NCBI RefSeq assembly: GCF_900167395.1
Contig: NZ_FUWK01000005.1
Span: 1-32,000 of the forward strand
DNA length: 32,000 nucleotides
Direction: 5' to 3'
Source: Nitrosomonas europaea
GTDB taxonomy: Bacteria; Pseudomonadota; Gammaproteobacteria; Burkholderiales; Nitrosomonadaceae
In this document: piece by piece, positions 1-7,885 of the stretch
Numbering within the stretch: the first letter of the stretch is position 1
How the letters are laid out: each line of letters starts with the position of its first letter
Notes under the pieces: model-generated
The model's database searches: none
The model's input: only the letters and a program-made list of their open reading frames with translations
Told to the model about the DNA's origin: nothing
Translations under genes and position numbers: made by a program

Positions 1-287
1 CCGAACGTCTGGCACAAGCCGGTATTGAACCGTCTGTCGGCAGTCGCGGTGACAGTTACGATAATGCGCTGGCTGAAACGATCAATGGCCTGTACAAGGC
101 TGAACTGATACACAGGAGAGCTCCCTGGAAAACCAGGGCTGCTGTGGAGCTGGCAACTTTGGAATGGGTTGCCTGGTATAACCATCAACGCCTGCTTGGA
201 TCTATCGGGTATATTCCTCCAGCTCAGGCTGAAGAAAACTACCGACAAACCCAGGATAATAAGACATTGATGGATATTTTACTTTAA
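1..287 (+). mobile_element. IS3-family transposase OrfB, C-terminal part (5' end lies outside the window)
   Basis: Frame 3 is open from the window edge to TAA at 285-287. It reads ERLAQAGIEPSVGSRGDSYDNALAETINGLYKAELIHRRAPWKTRAAVELATLEWVAWYNHQRLLGSIGYIPPAQAEENY... This is the end of a DDE/rve integrase domain, with the G-x-x-GD-x-YDNA-x-AE block that carries the catalytic Glu and the WYN-x-x-R-x-H/L-x-x-LGY tail typical of IS3 OrfB. It is absent from the ORF track because it has no in-window start. The terminal inverted repeat cannot be located without the other end of the element. Confidence 0.85.
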
Positions 288-295
288 CCAAATAG

Positions 296-718
296 CCTCC
301 TCGATTGTCGGGACGGTTCATTGTGATGTTTGGTGGTAATCCCTATGAAGCAACTGCTCTCCGTGGCAGCAAAGAAATGGATTACTGCATCCTCAACACC
401 GTTGGCTTACCCGCCAGAGCCGCCCGCATCGGCAAGCTCTCGTCAGTCGCTCCGGGGCAGCGCGTTTACAGCGTTGGCTCCCCACGAGGGTTCGAGCTGA
501 CCATAGCGGAGGGCCTGGTATCCGGGTTACGCAAAAAGGACGGTGTGCCACTGTTCCTAATACAAACATCAGCAGCAATATCCCCTGGCTCGAGTGGCGG
601 CGGACTATTCGACGAGTTCGGGCGCGTTATCGGTATCACTACGTTCCTACTCAAGGATTCGCAGAACATCAACTTTGCTTTGCCAGTCGAGCTTTCCCAA
701 AGGTTTGGGCGTCAATGA
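296..718 (+). pseudogene. 5'-truncated trypsin-like (S1, DegP/HtrA-type fold) serine protease fragment
   Basis: The frame opens at 296, just after TAG 293-295, only 9 nt past the transposase stop. The only available start is TTG at 305. The product keeps the Asp region (KEMDYCILN) and the catalytic Ser motif (TSAAISPGSSGGGLFD). It lacks the upstream catalytic His block and any signal peptide. Confidence 0.7.
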
Positions 719-884
719 GAACTGACCAACTGTTGCAACCCCGACGTCGCAGCTGAATGTGGGCGTCAGGCCGCAACGACACCGATTAGCATCCTGCCAA
801 TATCCGAAATGCAATTCCCCACGAGACAAACGTACTGATTCGTAGGTGACGCTCTTCTGGCACAGAGGGTGACCTCTGTCAAAC

Positions 885-2066
885 CTACACATATTGCCCA
901 GCTACGTAACCTGAAGACCAAGCCCACTGGAAGTTGAAACCGCCGAGGTGGCCGGTGACATCCACCACTTCGCCGATAAAGAACAGGCGGGGTTGTTTGT
1001 TTGCCTCCATGGTTTGTGAGGATAATTCACGTGTATCCACGCCGCCGCGCGTTACTTCTGCTGTTCGATACCCTTCGGTGCCAACCGGTTTGACATGCCA
1101 GGCGTTAACCGCGCTAGCCAGCGCTGCGAGTCGGGTATCAGATAAACTGGCCAATGGGCCGCTGCCGTTATGTTCATCGCAAATGCTTTGGGCAAGCCGC
1201 CTGGGCAGGATTTCCGCCAGTGCGTTGTTGATATGCAGCTTGGGCTGGCTTTGTTTTTGTTCTTTCAGAAATGCAAGCACATCCGTACCGGGTGCCAGAT
1301 TGATCACAATCGGCTCTCCTTCCTCCCAATACGATGAGATTTGCAAAATGGAAGGGCCGCTCAATCCACGGTGGGTGAAAAGCAATCCTTCGGCAAAAAC
1401 CTGTTTCCCGAAGCGTACATCCGCCTCGACTGAAAGCCCGCTCAATGCCTGACAGCACGCCAGCAATGCACCATCGAACACCAGTGGCACCAGCGCCGGA
1501 CGCGGCGGGATAATATTCAATCCGAATTGTTTGGCTACCTGATAGCCAAACGGCGTGGCCCCGATCTTGGGAATCGAAAGCCCACCCGTCGCGATCACCA
1601 GTGAAGTACAGGTTCGTTCGCCCTGGCTGGTATTGAGCCGATAACCGCCTGCAATGGTTTCGATGGTACTCACCTGCACCGGGTTTTCCAGTTTCACGCC
1701 CGCTTCACGCGCTTCTGCTAACAGCATGGCGATGATCTGTTTGGCGGAATCATCGCAAAATAACTGCCCCAGCTTTTTTTCATGAAAAGTGATGCCATGC
1801 TTGCGTACCAGCGCAATGAAATCCTGCGGTGTATAGCGCCTGAGTGCCGATTTGCAGAAATGCGGATTCTGAGAGAGGTAGCACTGGGGCTGGGTATGCA
1901 GATTGGTGAAATTGCAGCGCCCACCGCCGGAAATGCGGATCTTCTCCGCAATTTTGACGCTATGGTCGATCAGCCACACCTTGCGCTCACGCTTGCCAGC
2001 CTCGATTGCACACATCAGCCCGGCTGCACCGGCACCGATGATGATCACATCAAAGGAATGAGTCAT
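885..2066 (-). CDS. NAD(P)/FAD-dependent oxidoreductase, HI0933/YhiN/BaiN family
   Basis: 393 aa. N-terminal Rossmann dinucleotide motif DVIIIGAGAAGLMCA. The family-typical ISGGGRCNFTN block follows, and the C-terminal end reads FFIGEVVDVTGHLGGFNFQWAWSSG. Confidence 0.9.
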   Translation of the reverse strand: MTHSFDVIIIGAGAAGLMCAIEAGKRERKVWLIDHSVKIAEKIRISGGGRCNFTNLHTQPQCYLSQNPHFCKSALRRYTPQDFIALVRKHGITFHEKKLGQLFCDDSAKQIIAMLLAEAREAGVKLENPVQVSTIETIAGGYRLNTSQGERTCTSLVIATGGLSIPKIGATPFGYQVAKQFGLNIIPPRPALVPLVFDGALLACCQALSGLSVEADVRFGKQVFAEGLLFTHRGLSGPSILQISSYWEEGEPIVINLAPGTDVLAFLKEQKQSQPKLHINNALAEILPRRLAQSICDEHNGSGPLASLSDTRLAALASAVNAWHVKPVGTEGYRTAEVTRGGVDTRELSSQTMEANKQPRLFFIGEVVDVTGHLGGFNFQWAWSSGYVAGQYV

Positions 2067-2123
2067 GTGTAAAAATAGTTAAAAATATGACGGACTCCAT
2101 ATTGATTCAAAGAAAACTGGACA

Positions 2124-3011
2124 ATGAATAAGTGCTCTCATACCACCTTGCCCTTAATACTGGGTGTATTTCTGCTAATCGCCTTTACCAATCCGGCTTA
2201 TGCACAAGTCAATGTAGTTGAAGCATTGATCGAATTCAAAAATCTGGATGGACTCGTCAAATCTCTAAAGCCAGAAGAACTGAATACCCTCGCCCGGCAG
2301 AAAACTTTGAAAGTTTTTGAAGTACACGAAGGTAGGGAGCGGCAATATAAAGTTTATCCAGCACAATCCGTTTTTGACCAAATGTTCGGTCCAAGCTGGC
2401 GAATAGCGGATGAAATCATCTTCACCTGCCAGGATGGCTACCGGCCCAGTATTCCGGTTGCAAAATTCCTCACTTACGATGCTTATCTCGCCGTTGCCAG
2501 CGCAGACAGCAAACCCTTTACACTCAGTAACGCACTCCAGAATCATGAAGTTGTAGCACTGGGACCCGCTTACCTGATATGGGATAACCTGAAATCTCCC
2601 GCTCTGCTCGATGAAGGTGCTTCCGATATGCCTTATCAGATTGCCCGTATTGAGCTGGCTTCTTTTGCGGCACGTTTTCCGGGAATGTTTCCACCAGCAG
2701 GTGCATCTGCAGAAACCAAGCGAGGGTTTCTGCATTTTCGCAAATACTGTATGGCGTGCCATACGATCAATGGCCAGGGAGGTGGCAAAGCACCCGAACT
2801 GAATTACCCGGTCAGCGTGATCGAATACTTCAAACCCGGATATCTGAAGCAATGGATCGATAACCCGGCCAGCCTACGCTACAACACCACCATGCCAGCT
2901 CTGACTGTAGCAATACCGGAACGGGAAAAGGTCATAGAAGAAATCATTGCCTATCTGACAGCCATGAGGGATGTGAAGCGCATGCGGCCTGCAGGAAACA
3001 GTAAGCAATAA
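2124..3011 (+). CDS. Secreted c-type cytochrome domain protein with an unassigned N-terminal domain of about 190 aa
   Basis: 295 aa. Signal peptide MNKCSHTTLPLILGVFLLIAFTNPAYA-QV. A single heme-binding CMACH motif sits near the C-terminus, with a downstream Met (NTTMPAL) as a plausible distal ligand. Confidence 0.8.
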   Translation: MNKCSHTTLPLILGVFLLIAFTNPAYAQVNVVEALIEFKNLDGLVKSLKPEELNTLARQKTLKVFEVHEGRERQYKVYPAQSVFDQMFGPSWRIADEIIFTCQDGYRPSIPVAKFLTYDAYLAVASADSKPFTLSNALQNHEVVALGPAYLIWDNLKSPALLDEGASDMPYQIARIELASFAARFPGMFPPAGASAETKRGFLHFRKYCMACHTINGQGGGKAPELNYPVSVIEYFKPGYLKQWIDNPASLRYNTTMPALTVAIPEREKVIEEIIAYLTAMRDVKRMRPAGNSKQ

Positions 3012-3090
3012 ACAACACTGGAAATCCTTACCGCCTGCCCGATAAACTTGATCCGGCCATTTCTTCCGTAACCGGAAGCGCATCCGGAAA

Positions 3091-3792
3091 TCACTCTTTT
3101 AACCGGATATCAACTTTGCCATCCGTCACCTGGATGTGTTCAACGCCCTCGGAAAAAGATTTCCAGAAACCGGGATCCATACCAAATTCGCTGACCAGAT
3201 CGATATTTTTCAATCCACCCAGCCAGGCATTAGGAACGGGAACTCCCATGATACTGACACCCTTGAGGATGATGACGGGCTTATCGTTGCGATAAGCCAT
3301 ACCGAGACCGGCGTTCAGGCGCAGCGTTTTCCCGCCCAGTACCGGAAAATCCTCATCGAGCGGAAGGAGCAGACGTGCACTTACCAGATCATCGGCAAAA
3401 TCGATCGCCAGTTTTTGTGCAAGATCGGTATTTTTGGCCAGCAATGCGTTTATTTCCCGCTCGGTAAAGTTGACTTCACGTTTTGCCCCCTGCTCGGAAT
3501 ACGCTTGAGGTTTCAGAAAACCTTCCTCATCGATTTCACCTTTGAGATCATCATTCCGCTTTGCTGTCGGTGACGAAAATGAAAAATCGTAACCGATCGT
3601 CCGGAGCTTTTGCTCCAGCGTTTTTTCTTCCTTTTTGCTCAAAATAACCGGTTCAAAGGATGAAACAAAAACATAGGTTGTGAGCACCCAGTAAGTACCG
3701 GCCACAGTCAGCACAATCGTAGCCAGAACGATCAGCAGCACATGTGACCAGTGCAAACGAGCGTTATTACTCGTATTTCCGGTTGAATTCAT
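3091..3792 (-). CDS. Membrane-anchored hypothetical protein (single N-terminal TM helix)
   Basis: 233-aa ORF with the hydrophobic helix VLLIVLATIVLTVAGTYWVLTTYVFV followed by a soluble domain. I recognise no catalytic motif. It converges on the cytochrome gene. Confidence 0.65.
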   Translation of the reverse strand: MNSTGNTSNNARLHWSHVLLIVLATIVLTVAGTYWVLTTYVFVSSFEPVILSKKEEKTLEQKLRTIGYDFSFSSPTAKRNDDLKGEIDEEGFLKPQAYSEQGAKREVNFTEREINALLAKNTDLAQKLAIDFADDLVSARLLLPLDEDFPVLGGKTLRLNAGLGMAYRNDKPVIILKGVSIMGVPVPNAWLGGLKNIDLVSEFGMDPGFWKSFSEGVEHIQVTDGKVDIRLKE

Positions 3793-4127
3793 CTTTGTCC
3801 GTCCAAGTTATTCAGCCGAAATTATAGCTGTTGCTCTATAAACCTGTACGCTACTATGCAAATAATGCCAACCGGTAGAATCACTACGGTAACCGGTCTT
3901 GGTAAGGCATACGAATACAGGCTTTCAAACCGGGAAATATTATCGGCAGATCAGCCATTTATTCCTATAGCACTCCGATTTTTTGTACATCTGATGTTTC
4001 ATTCTGAATGCTGCCGAAAGTACGTCATACTGGACCTTAACTTCTAAATTTTTTAATACTGTTGCCGGATCTGGAGGAAAATCATAAAGAAGATTTACTT
4101 ATTTCAGTTCCGGTACCATCAAATGCG

Positions 4128-4150
4128 TATAATTCTTGTTTGCATATAAT
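4128..4150 (+). promoter_or_regulatory. Two perfect TATAAT hexamers upstream of doxX (candidate -10 elements)
   Basis: TATAAT occurs at 4128-4133 and again at 4145-4150, in the AT-rich 485-bp divergent spacer 128-150 nt upstream of the doxX ATG. Neither has a good -35 hexamer. Confidence 0.3.
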
Positions 4151-4277
4151 CAGAAGATACAGGTGAATTCACGGCGGTAGGATCAGGGTTATTTCTCATC
4201 AAATGATAACGAACCCTGTAATTGATCCTTACGACAATCGTATTTTTAATTCACACAACTAAAGGAGAAAAACTGAA

Positions 4278-4682
4278 ATGAATCTTCCATTCCAGAATGA
4301 TGCACTGGGTAAATTAACCCTGCGACTCACTGTAGGTGTACTCATACTCCTTCATGGCGTACATAAAATATTTAACCCGGGTTCTCTTGACTACATCAGC
4401 ACACTGCTGGCAAATGTAAATCTGCCTCAGATACTGGCTTACGGGGTTTATCTGGGGGAAGTCATTGCACCGCTGATGATCATACTGGGAATATTTTCCC
4501 GAATTGGCGGCTTGCTCGTTTTTGGTAATACCGTATTTGCGATAGGGTTGGCACATCGCAGTGAACTATTCGCATTCACTGACCATGGCGGATATGCGTT
4601 GGAGTTGCAGGCTTTCTTTTTACTGACAGGGCTCGCGGTATTCTTTCTCGGAAGTGGCAGATTCGCCATTAAACCTGATTAA
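4278..4682 (+). CDS. DoxX family inner-membrane protein
   Basis: 134 aa with four hydrophobic segments. DoxX-like N-terminus LRLTVGVLILLHGVHKIF. A strong RBS (AAAGGAGAAAA) precedes the ATG. Confidence 0.85.
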   Translation: MNLPFQNDALGKLTLRLTVGVLILLHGVHKIFNPGSLDYISTLLANVNLPQILAYGVYLGEVIAPLMIILGIFSRIGGLLVFGNTVFAIGLAHRSELFAFTDHGGYALELQAFFLLTGLAVFFLGSGRFAIKPD

Positions 4683-4797
4683 ATATCTGAAAATTTACCA
4701 GTAGTCGTCTGTACAAGAGTATTCAGTCAACATGCACAAACGACTGCCTGTCGAATGCCGGTTTGTGCTACGTAATAACTGGAACCATCGTCGACAA

Positions 4798-4822
4798 CGG
4801 TGTTGCCGACGAGCCATACATT
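4798..4822 (-). terminator. Hairpin 11 nt downstream of the stop of the 794-aa gene (weak terminator candidate)
   Basis: TCGTCGaCAAC-ggt-GTTGcCGACGA forms 10 bp with one A/C mismatch. On the minus strand it is followed by TGGTTCCAGTTATTAC, which is only a modest U-tract. Confidence 0.35.
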
Positions 4823-4832
4823 CATAGTTGTT

Positions 4833-7217
4833 TCAGTGGCTTGCAGGAACCGACACTGGTTTTGGCGCTGGAACGACAGTCGATACCGGTTCAGGAGAAG
4901 CCACAGATCCATTCTCCACTCCTTCCTTTGCCGCAGGCTGAGGAGGCTTGTCATCCTCGGTTTTCTGACCGTCAGCAATTTCCTCTGCAGGGGATGCAGA
5001 AGGAATCTCTTGTGCAGTACTTGCTTCTTCTGTGCCAATTTCTGCTTTATCCGACAAGAAATGCTTTTTCAACGTGTCGACAGTACCCTGATTGAGGTAG
5101 CCACTGTGAAAAAGATAAGCAATGCTTCCCAGCAGGAGCAGAACGAAAAGATAGAATTTCCACGGACGTTTTTTCTCTGCATAAGGATCGGTCAGGGAGC
5201 GCTGCGCGCCGGCAGGCAATGTCGCCATTTGAGTCAATGAGATGCCAAACGGAATATTGATGATTGCCCGTGTATTGATTGCCCAACCATTCCCGTCAAG
5301 TAACGGTGCCAGATTACGTTTTCTGAGCTTGAGAAAAGCAATCAGTACGGAAGGACCGGATATTACGAGAATCAGGCCAAGAACCGTGAGTGGCATTTGC
5401 CACCAGGCCAGACCCAGGAAGCCGGTTACGACCGATGCAATCGCAGTACCGATTGCACCGATTGCAAGACCGATCGCAGCAAAAATCCCTGCAAACTTAC
5501 CTACATCGAAGGGCGCTGCCGCGGGTGGTTTACCTGCTTCCGCTTTTTGTGAAATATCCGCAATCCCTGCTGCCGCCTGATCCTGTACCGATTTTTCACG
5601 CGCACTGGCCACTTTCTCGATCTGTTCACCGATCATTTTGCCGATGCGCTTGTACGGATACCAGAAGGCCTGACGTACGCTGATGGGATGCTCGACGATC
5701 TTGACGATGGTGGCATCCCAATCCTGCCCTCTTCGATCATAGAAAATACCGTTCCGGCCAACCATCAAATTGTCTGCATCACCATTCGTAAACGCAGCCG
5801 CAATATTCATTTTTTCGCTGCCGCCCCTGCGCTGACATTCGCAATAGGCCAGATAGATGCCACTCAGACCGGCCATGCTGCTGTGCTTTTCGATATCGTC
5901 GACACGCAGGCAAAAATCACAGTTACGGCCATCCAGATACAGTGAACCTGCCTGAAAAACTGCCTTGTTCTGTGCAGTATAAAAATCACGAAACGAAACG
6001 AAATTGTTCAACAGCTGAAAAAGATTTCGCTGATAGCGAATCAGCTTTTCAACTGAATCGATCGCATCGGATGCGCTGGCAAGCGACTGATCTTTCTGCA
6101 GTAATGCACTGATCTCATCCTGATACCTTCCTGCCAGGATCGAACGAATACGATTGATTCCGAGAGATTCTACCGTTGCCCCCCGTTTGGTATCCAGCCA
6201 GGCCTGATGGGCAGTAAATCTGTCACAAAGCGCCTGCCATTCATCTGCGCTCAACTGTTCTTTATCGGCCAGTAGAGGTTGAACGACTTGTCGTTTCAGT
6301 GCATCGATCGCACCGACCCAGGCCGGATTGATGCCTTCATTGAGTGACAGTGGTTTTTTTGCCTCGATTTTTGCAAGCGGTAATGTGGCAAGTTGCTCAG
6401 TGGTGCTGGAGAGATCGGTATTGGTGAGTGCTTCATAATCCGATAACGCCGGATTCAGCGGATCCCCCGCTTTCTGGTCAAATTCAGCCAGCTTACAGCG
6501 GGTAAAGTAGTCATCTATTTTTGCTTTGACTGCATCAAAGGCCGCCTTTGCGGCTTCAGTATTTTCTCCCAGCGGTAATATGCTGGTAGCATCCCGTTCC
6601 GCATCCTGCCACCATTCCGAGTACGCTTTCGCTTCAGTAAAAAATTGTTCGATCAGTTCTGCTGAAACCCCCGGCAGACCGGATCGGTCCTGAACCGATC
6701 CGACACACTTCATCATATCTTCAATGACGGCCCGGGTTTCGGCATCGCTGGCAGCAGTGGCCGGAATGATGCCATCACCATTGAAGCGGGTACTGGCAAA
6801 AATTCTGTTGAGATCAGCCGTATCTTCGACTGTAATCACCTCTTCATCTTTTTTACCGATGTTGAGCAAAATCTGTCTGGCTGACGCGAGCAGCGCCGCA
6901 CCTTCCGGAGTACTGTCATCGATCGCACTCAGTTGCAGCGCTTCTGATCCAGAAGTGAGATCCCCGGGATTTTTCAGAACGGAAGACACCCATTCGACTG
7001 CAGCAATGATTTCCGGGACACGGATATGGCCATCATGATCAGTATCAATGAACTCGAGTGTTTTATCATCGAATTCCAAATTGCTCGTCGGGCAACTGAG
7101 CGCAGCCCACAGCTTGGGATCGAGCGTTCCGAGCGATTCGACATCCGCTCCGGTTTCCAGACGCACCTGATCAAAACCACCTGATCTGAAAAAACGCCAT
7201 TTATGAGCTGTATTCAT
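4833..7217 (-). CDS. Large membrane protein with an N-terminal canonical EF-hand loop; function unknown
   Basis: 794-aa uninterrupted ORF. Residues 58-69, DTDHDGHIRVPE, fit the 12-residue EF-hand loop D-x-D-x-D-G-x-I-x-x-x-E exactly (nt 7011-7046). About 560 aa of a mostly helical-looking soluble region follows. A hydrophobic block comes next (FAGIFAAIGLAIGAIGTAIASVVTGFLGLAWW, LTVLGLILVISGPSVLIAFL, FYLFVLLLLGSIAYLF). The last ~70 aa form a Pro/Ala/Glu/Ser-rich low-complexity tail. Confidence 0.85.
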   Translation of the reverse strand: MNTAHKWRFFRSGGFDQVRLETGADVESLGTLDPKLWAALSCPTSNLEFDDKTLEFIDTDHDGHIRVPEIIAAVEWVSSVLKNPGDLTSGSEALQLSAIDDSTPEGAALLASARQILLNIGKKDEEVITVEDTADLNRIFASTRFNGDGIIPATAASDAETRAVIEDMMKCVGSVQDRSGLPGVSAELIEQFFTEAKAYSEWWQDAERDATSILPLGENTEAAKAAFDAVKAKIDDYFTRCKLAEFDQKAGDPLNPALSDYEALTNTDLSSTTEQLATLPLAKIEAKKPLSLNEGINPAWVGAIDALKRQVVQPLLADKEQLSADEWQALCDRFTAHQAWLDTKRGATVESLGINRIRSILAGRYQDEISALLQKDQSLASASDAIDSVEKLIRYQRNLFQLLNNFVSFRDFYTAQNKAVFQAGSLYLDGRNCDFCLRVDDIEKHSSMAGLSGIYLAYCECQRRGGSEKMNIAAAFTNGDADNLMVGRNGIFYDRRGQDWDATIVKIVEHPISVRQAFWYPYKRIGKMIGEQIEKVASAREKSVQDQAAAGIADISQKAEAGKPPAAAPFDVGKFAGIFAAIGLAIGAIGTAIASVVTGFLGLAWWQMPLTVLGLILVISGPSVLIAFLKLRKRNLAPLLDGNGWAINTRAIINIPFGISLTQMATLPAGAQRSLTDPYAEKKRPWKFYLFVLLLLGSIAYLFHSGYLNQGTVDTLKKHFLSDKAEIGTEEASTAQEIPSASPAEEIADGQKTEDDKPPQPAAKEGVENGSVASPEPVSTVVPAPKPVSVPASH

Positions 7218-7357
7218 TATTTTTCCTCTTGTGTGAATCAGACTGTCGGGGTGTTACTGTATGGAATAAGCCGTCCCCTTCATACGATGAAACGGCTGCG
7301 AACTGCTACTGATCGGCGTCATCGGACTGGCAACAGTTTGCCCATCCTGTTTTTTTT

Positions 7358-7371
7358 CACATCATGATGTG
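7358..7371. promoter_or_regulatory. Perfect 14-bp palindrome CACATCATGATGTG in the divergent intergenic region (candidate operator)
   Basis: The sequence is self-complementary over all 14 nt and flanked by direct TTTCAC copies (7355-7360 and 7372-7377). It lies 141 nt upstream of the ATG of the 794-aa gene. Confidence 0.3.
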
Positions 7372-7512
7372 TTTCACCGGCTGCATTTCTCCTGTCCGGA
7401 AGCTCTATTGTTTCACACCAACGATACGAAACATGAATCGATTCTACCGCTCCTCCCTGTTTTCCCGGCATAAATCTTGACAAAATCATCAAATGGCGCA
7501 GGATAAAAATGC

Positions 7513-7545
7513 GCCACTAGAAAGTGGCAGTGTCTGCCACTTTTG
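7513..7545 (+). promoter_or_regulatory. Two mutually exclusive hairpins sharing the segment AGTGGC; the second is followed by TTTT
   Basis: Hairpin 1 is GCCACT(7513-7518)-AGAA-AGTGGC(7523-7528). Hairpin 2 is AGTGGCAG(7523-7530)-TGT-CTGCCACT(7534-7541), followed by TTTTG. A TTGACA hexamer lies upstream at 7477-7482. The structure sits in the leader before the 7605 ORF and lon. Confidence 0.3.
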
Positions 7546-7604
7546 AGTGCCTGTCGGTATTATCCGTTGCAAAATCAGTCAATTGCATGAAAGGAGATGT
7601 CATT

Positions 7605-7883
7605 ATGAGTACTCCAGGCATTCAACCCGGTTTTCAGCAAGTCACAAGGCACCATACCATTTTTCAGGAACGTGTCGACGATGCCTATAAAATCAAAGGA
7701 AAGCTGCCGGAACCGACCATATGCCCGCAATGCAGTGCGTATTCCAGAAAGGATGCTGACCAGCCTTCACCGTCCATTGTGCGTGCAATCGACATGAATC
7801 GGCAGATTTATTCCCGACTTTCCAGCTGTTCCCTTGAATTTCCATCAAAGCGCTCAATATTAGCGTCAGTGAATAATTCCTGA
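7605..7883 (+). pseudogene. Decayed remnant of a BCAM0308/NMD3-like small zinc-ribbon protein
   Basis: AGGAG at 7592-7596 lies 8 nt before ATG 7605. The first ~45 aa (..QERVDDAYKIKGKLPEPTICPQCSA) match my recollection of this family's N-terminus (HD-x-YK...KLPEPT-x-CP-x-CGAVF-x-x-GRW). After CPQCSA the annotated frame loses resemblance. The +2 frame then reads (V)FQKGC*, and later HCACNR...DLFPTF, which suggests frameshifts or deletions. The ORF ends 2 nt before lon, and the C-terminal half of the family is missing. Confidence 0.45.
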
Positions 7884-7885
7884 GA

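Noticed and set aside
647-892. An 81-aa minus-strand ORF, and the short hairpin CAGAGG-GTGA-CCTCTG (863-878) after the oxidoreductase stop.
   Set aside because: The ORF overlaps the protease fragment and has no recognisable features. The hairpin has a 6-bp stem with no U-tract on either strand.
3063-3078. Hairpin CTTCCG-TAAC-CGGAAG, with overlapping CCGGA/TCCGG, between the convergent cytochrome and hypothetical genes. A longer 8-bp stem GCACAAAC/GTTTGTGC lies at 4744-4778.
   Set aside because: These are plausible convergent-gene terminators, but they lack U-tracts and have either short stems or a large (19-nt) loop. I did not call them as features.
3856-4047. 63-aa ORF in the AT-rich spacer.
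   Set aside because: It has no RBS, its composition is biased and it matches no recognisable family. It is probably non-coding.
7524-7604. Upstream extensions of the small ORFs (7524-7604 and 10277-10426).
   Set aside because: The internal ATGs at 7605 and 10427 are each preceded by a strong AGGAG/GGAG at proper spacing, whereas the extensions lack any RBS. The first extension also overlaps the hairpin region.
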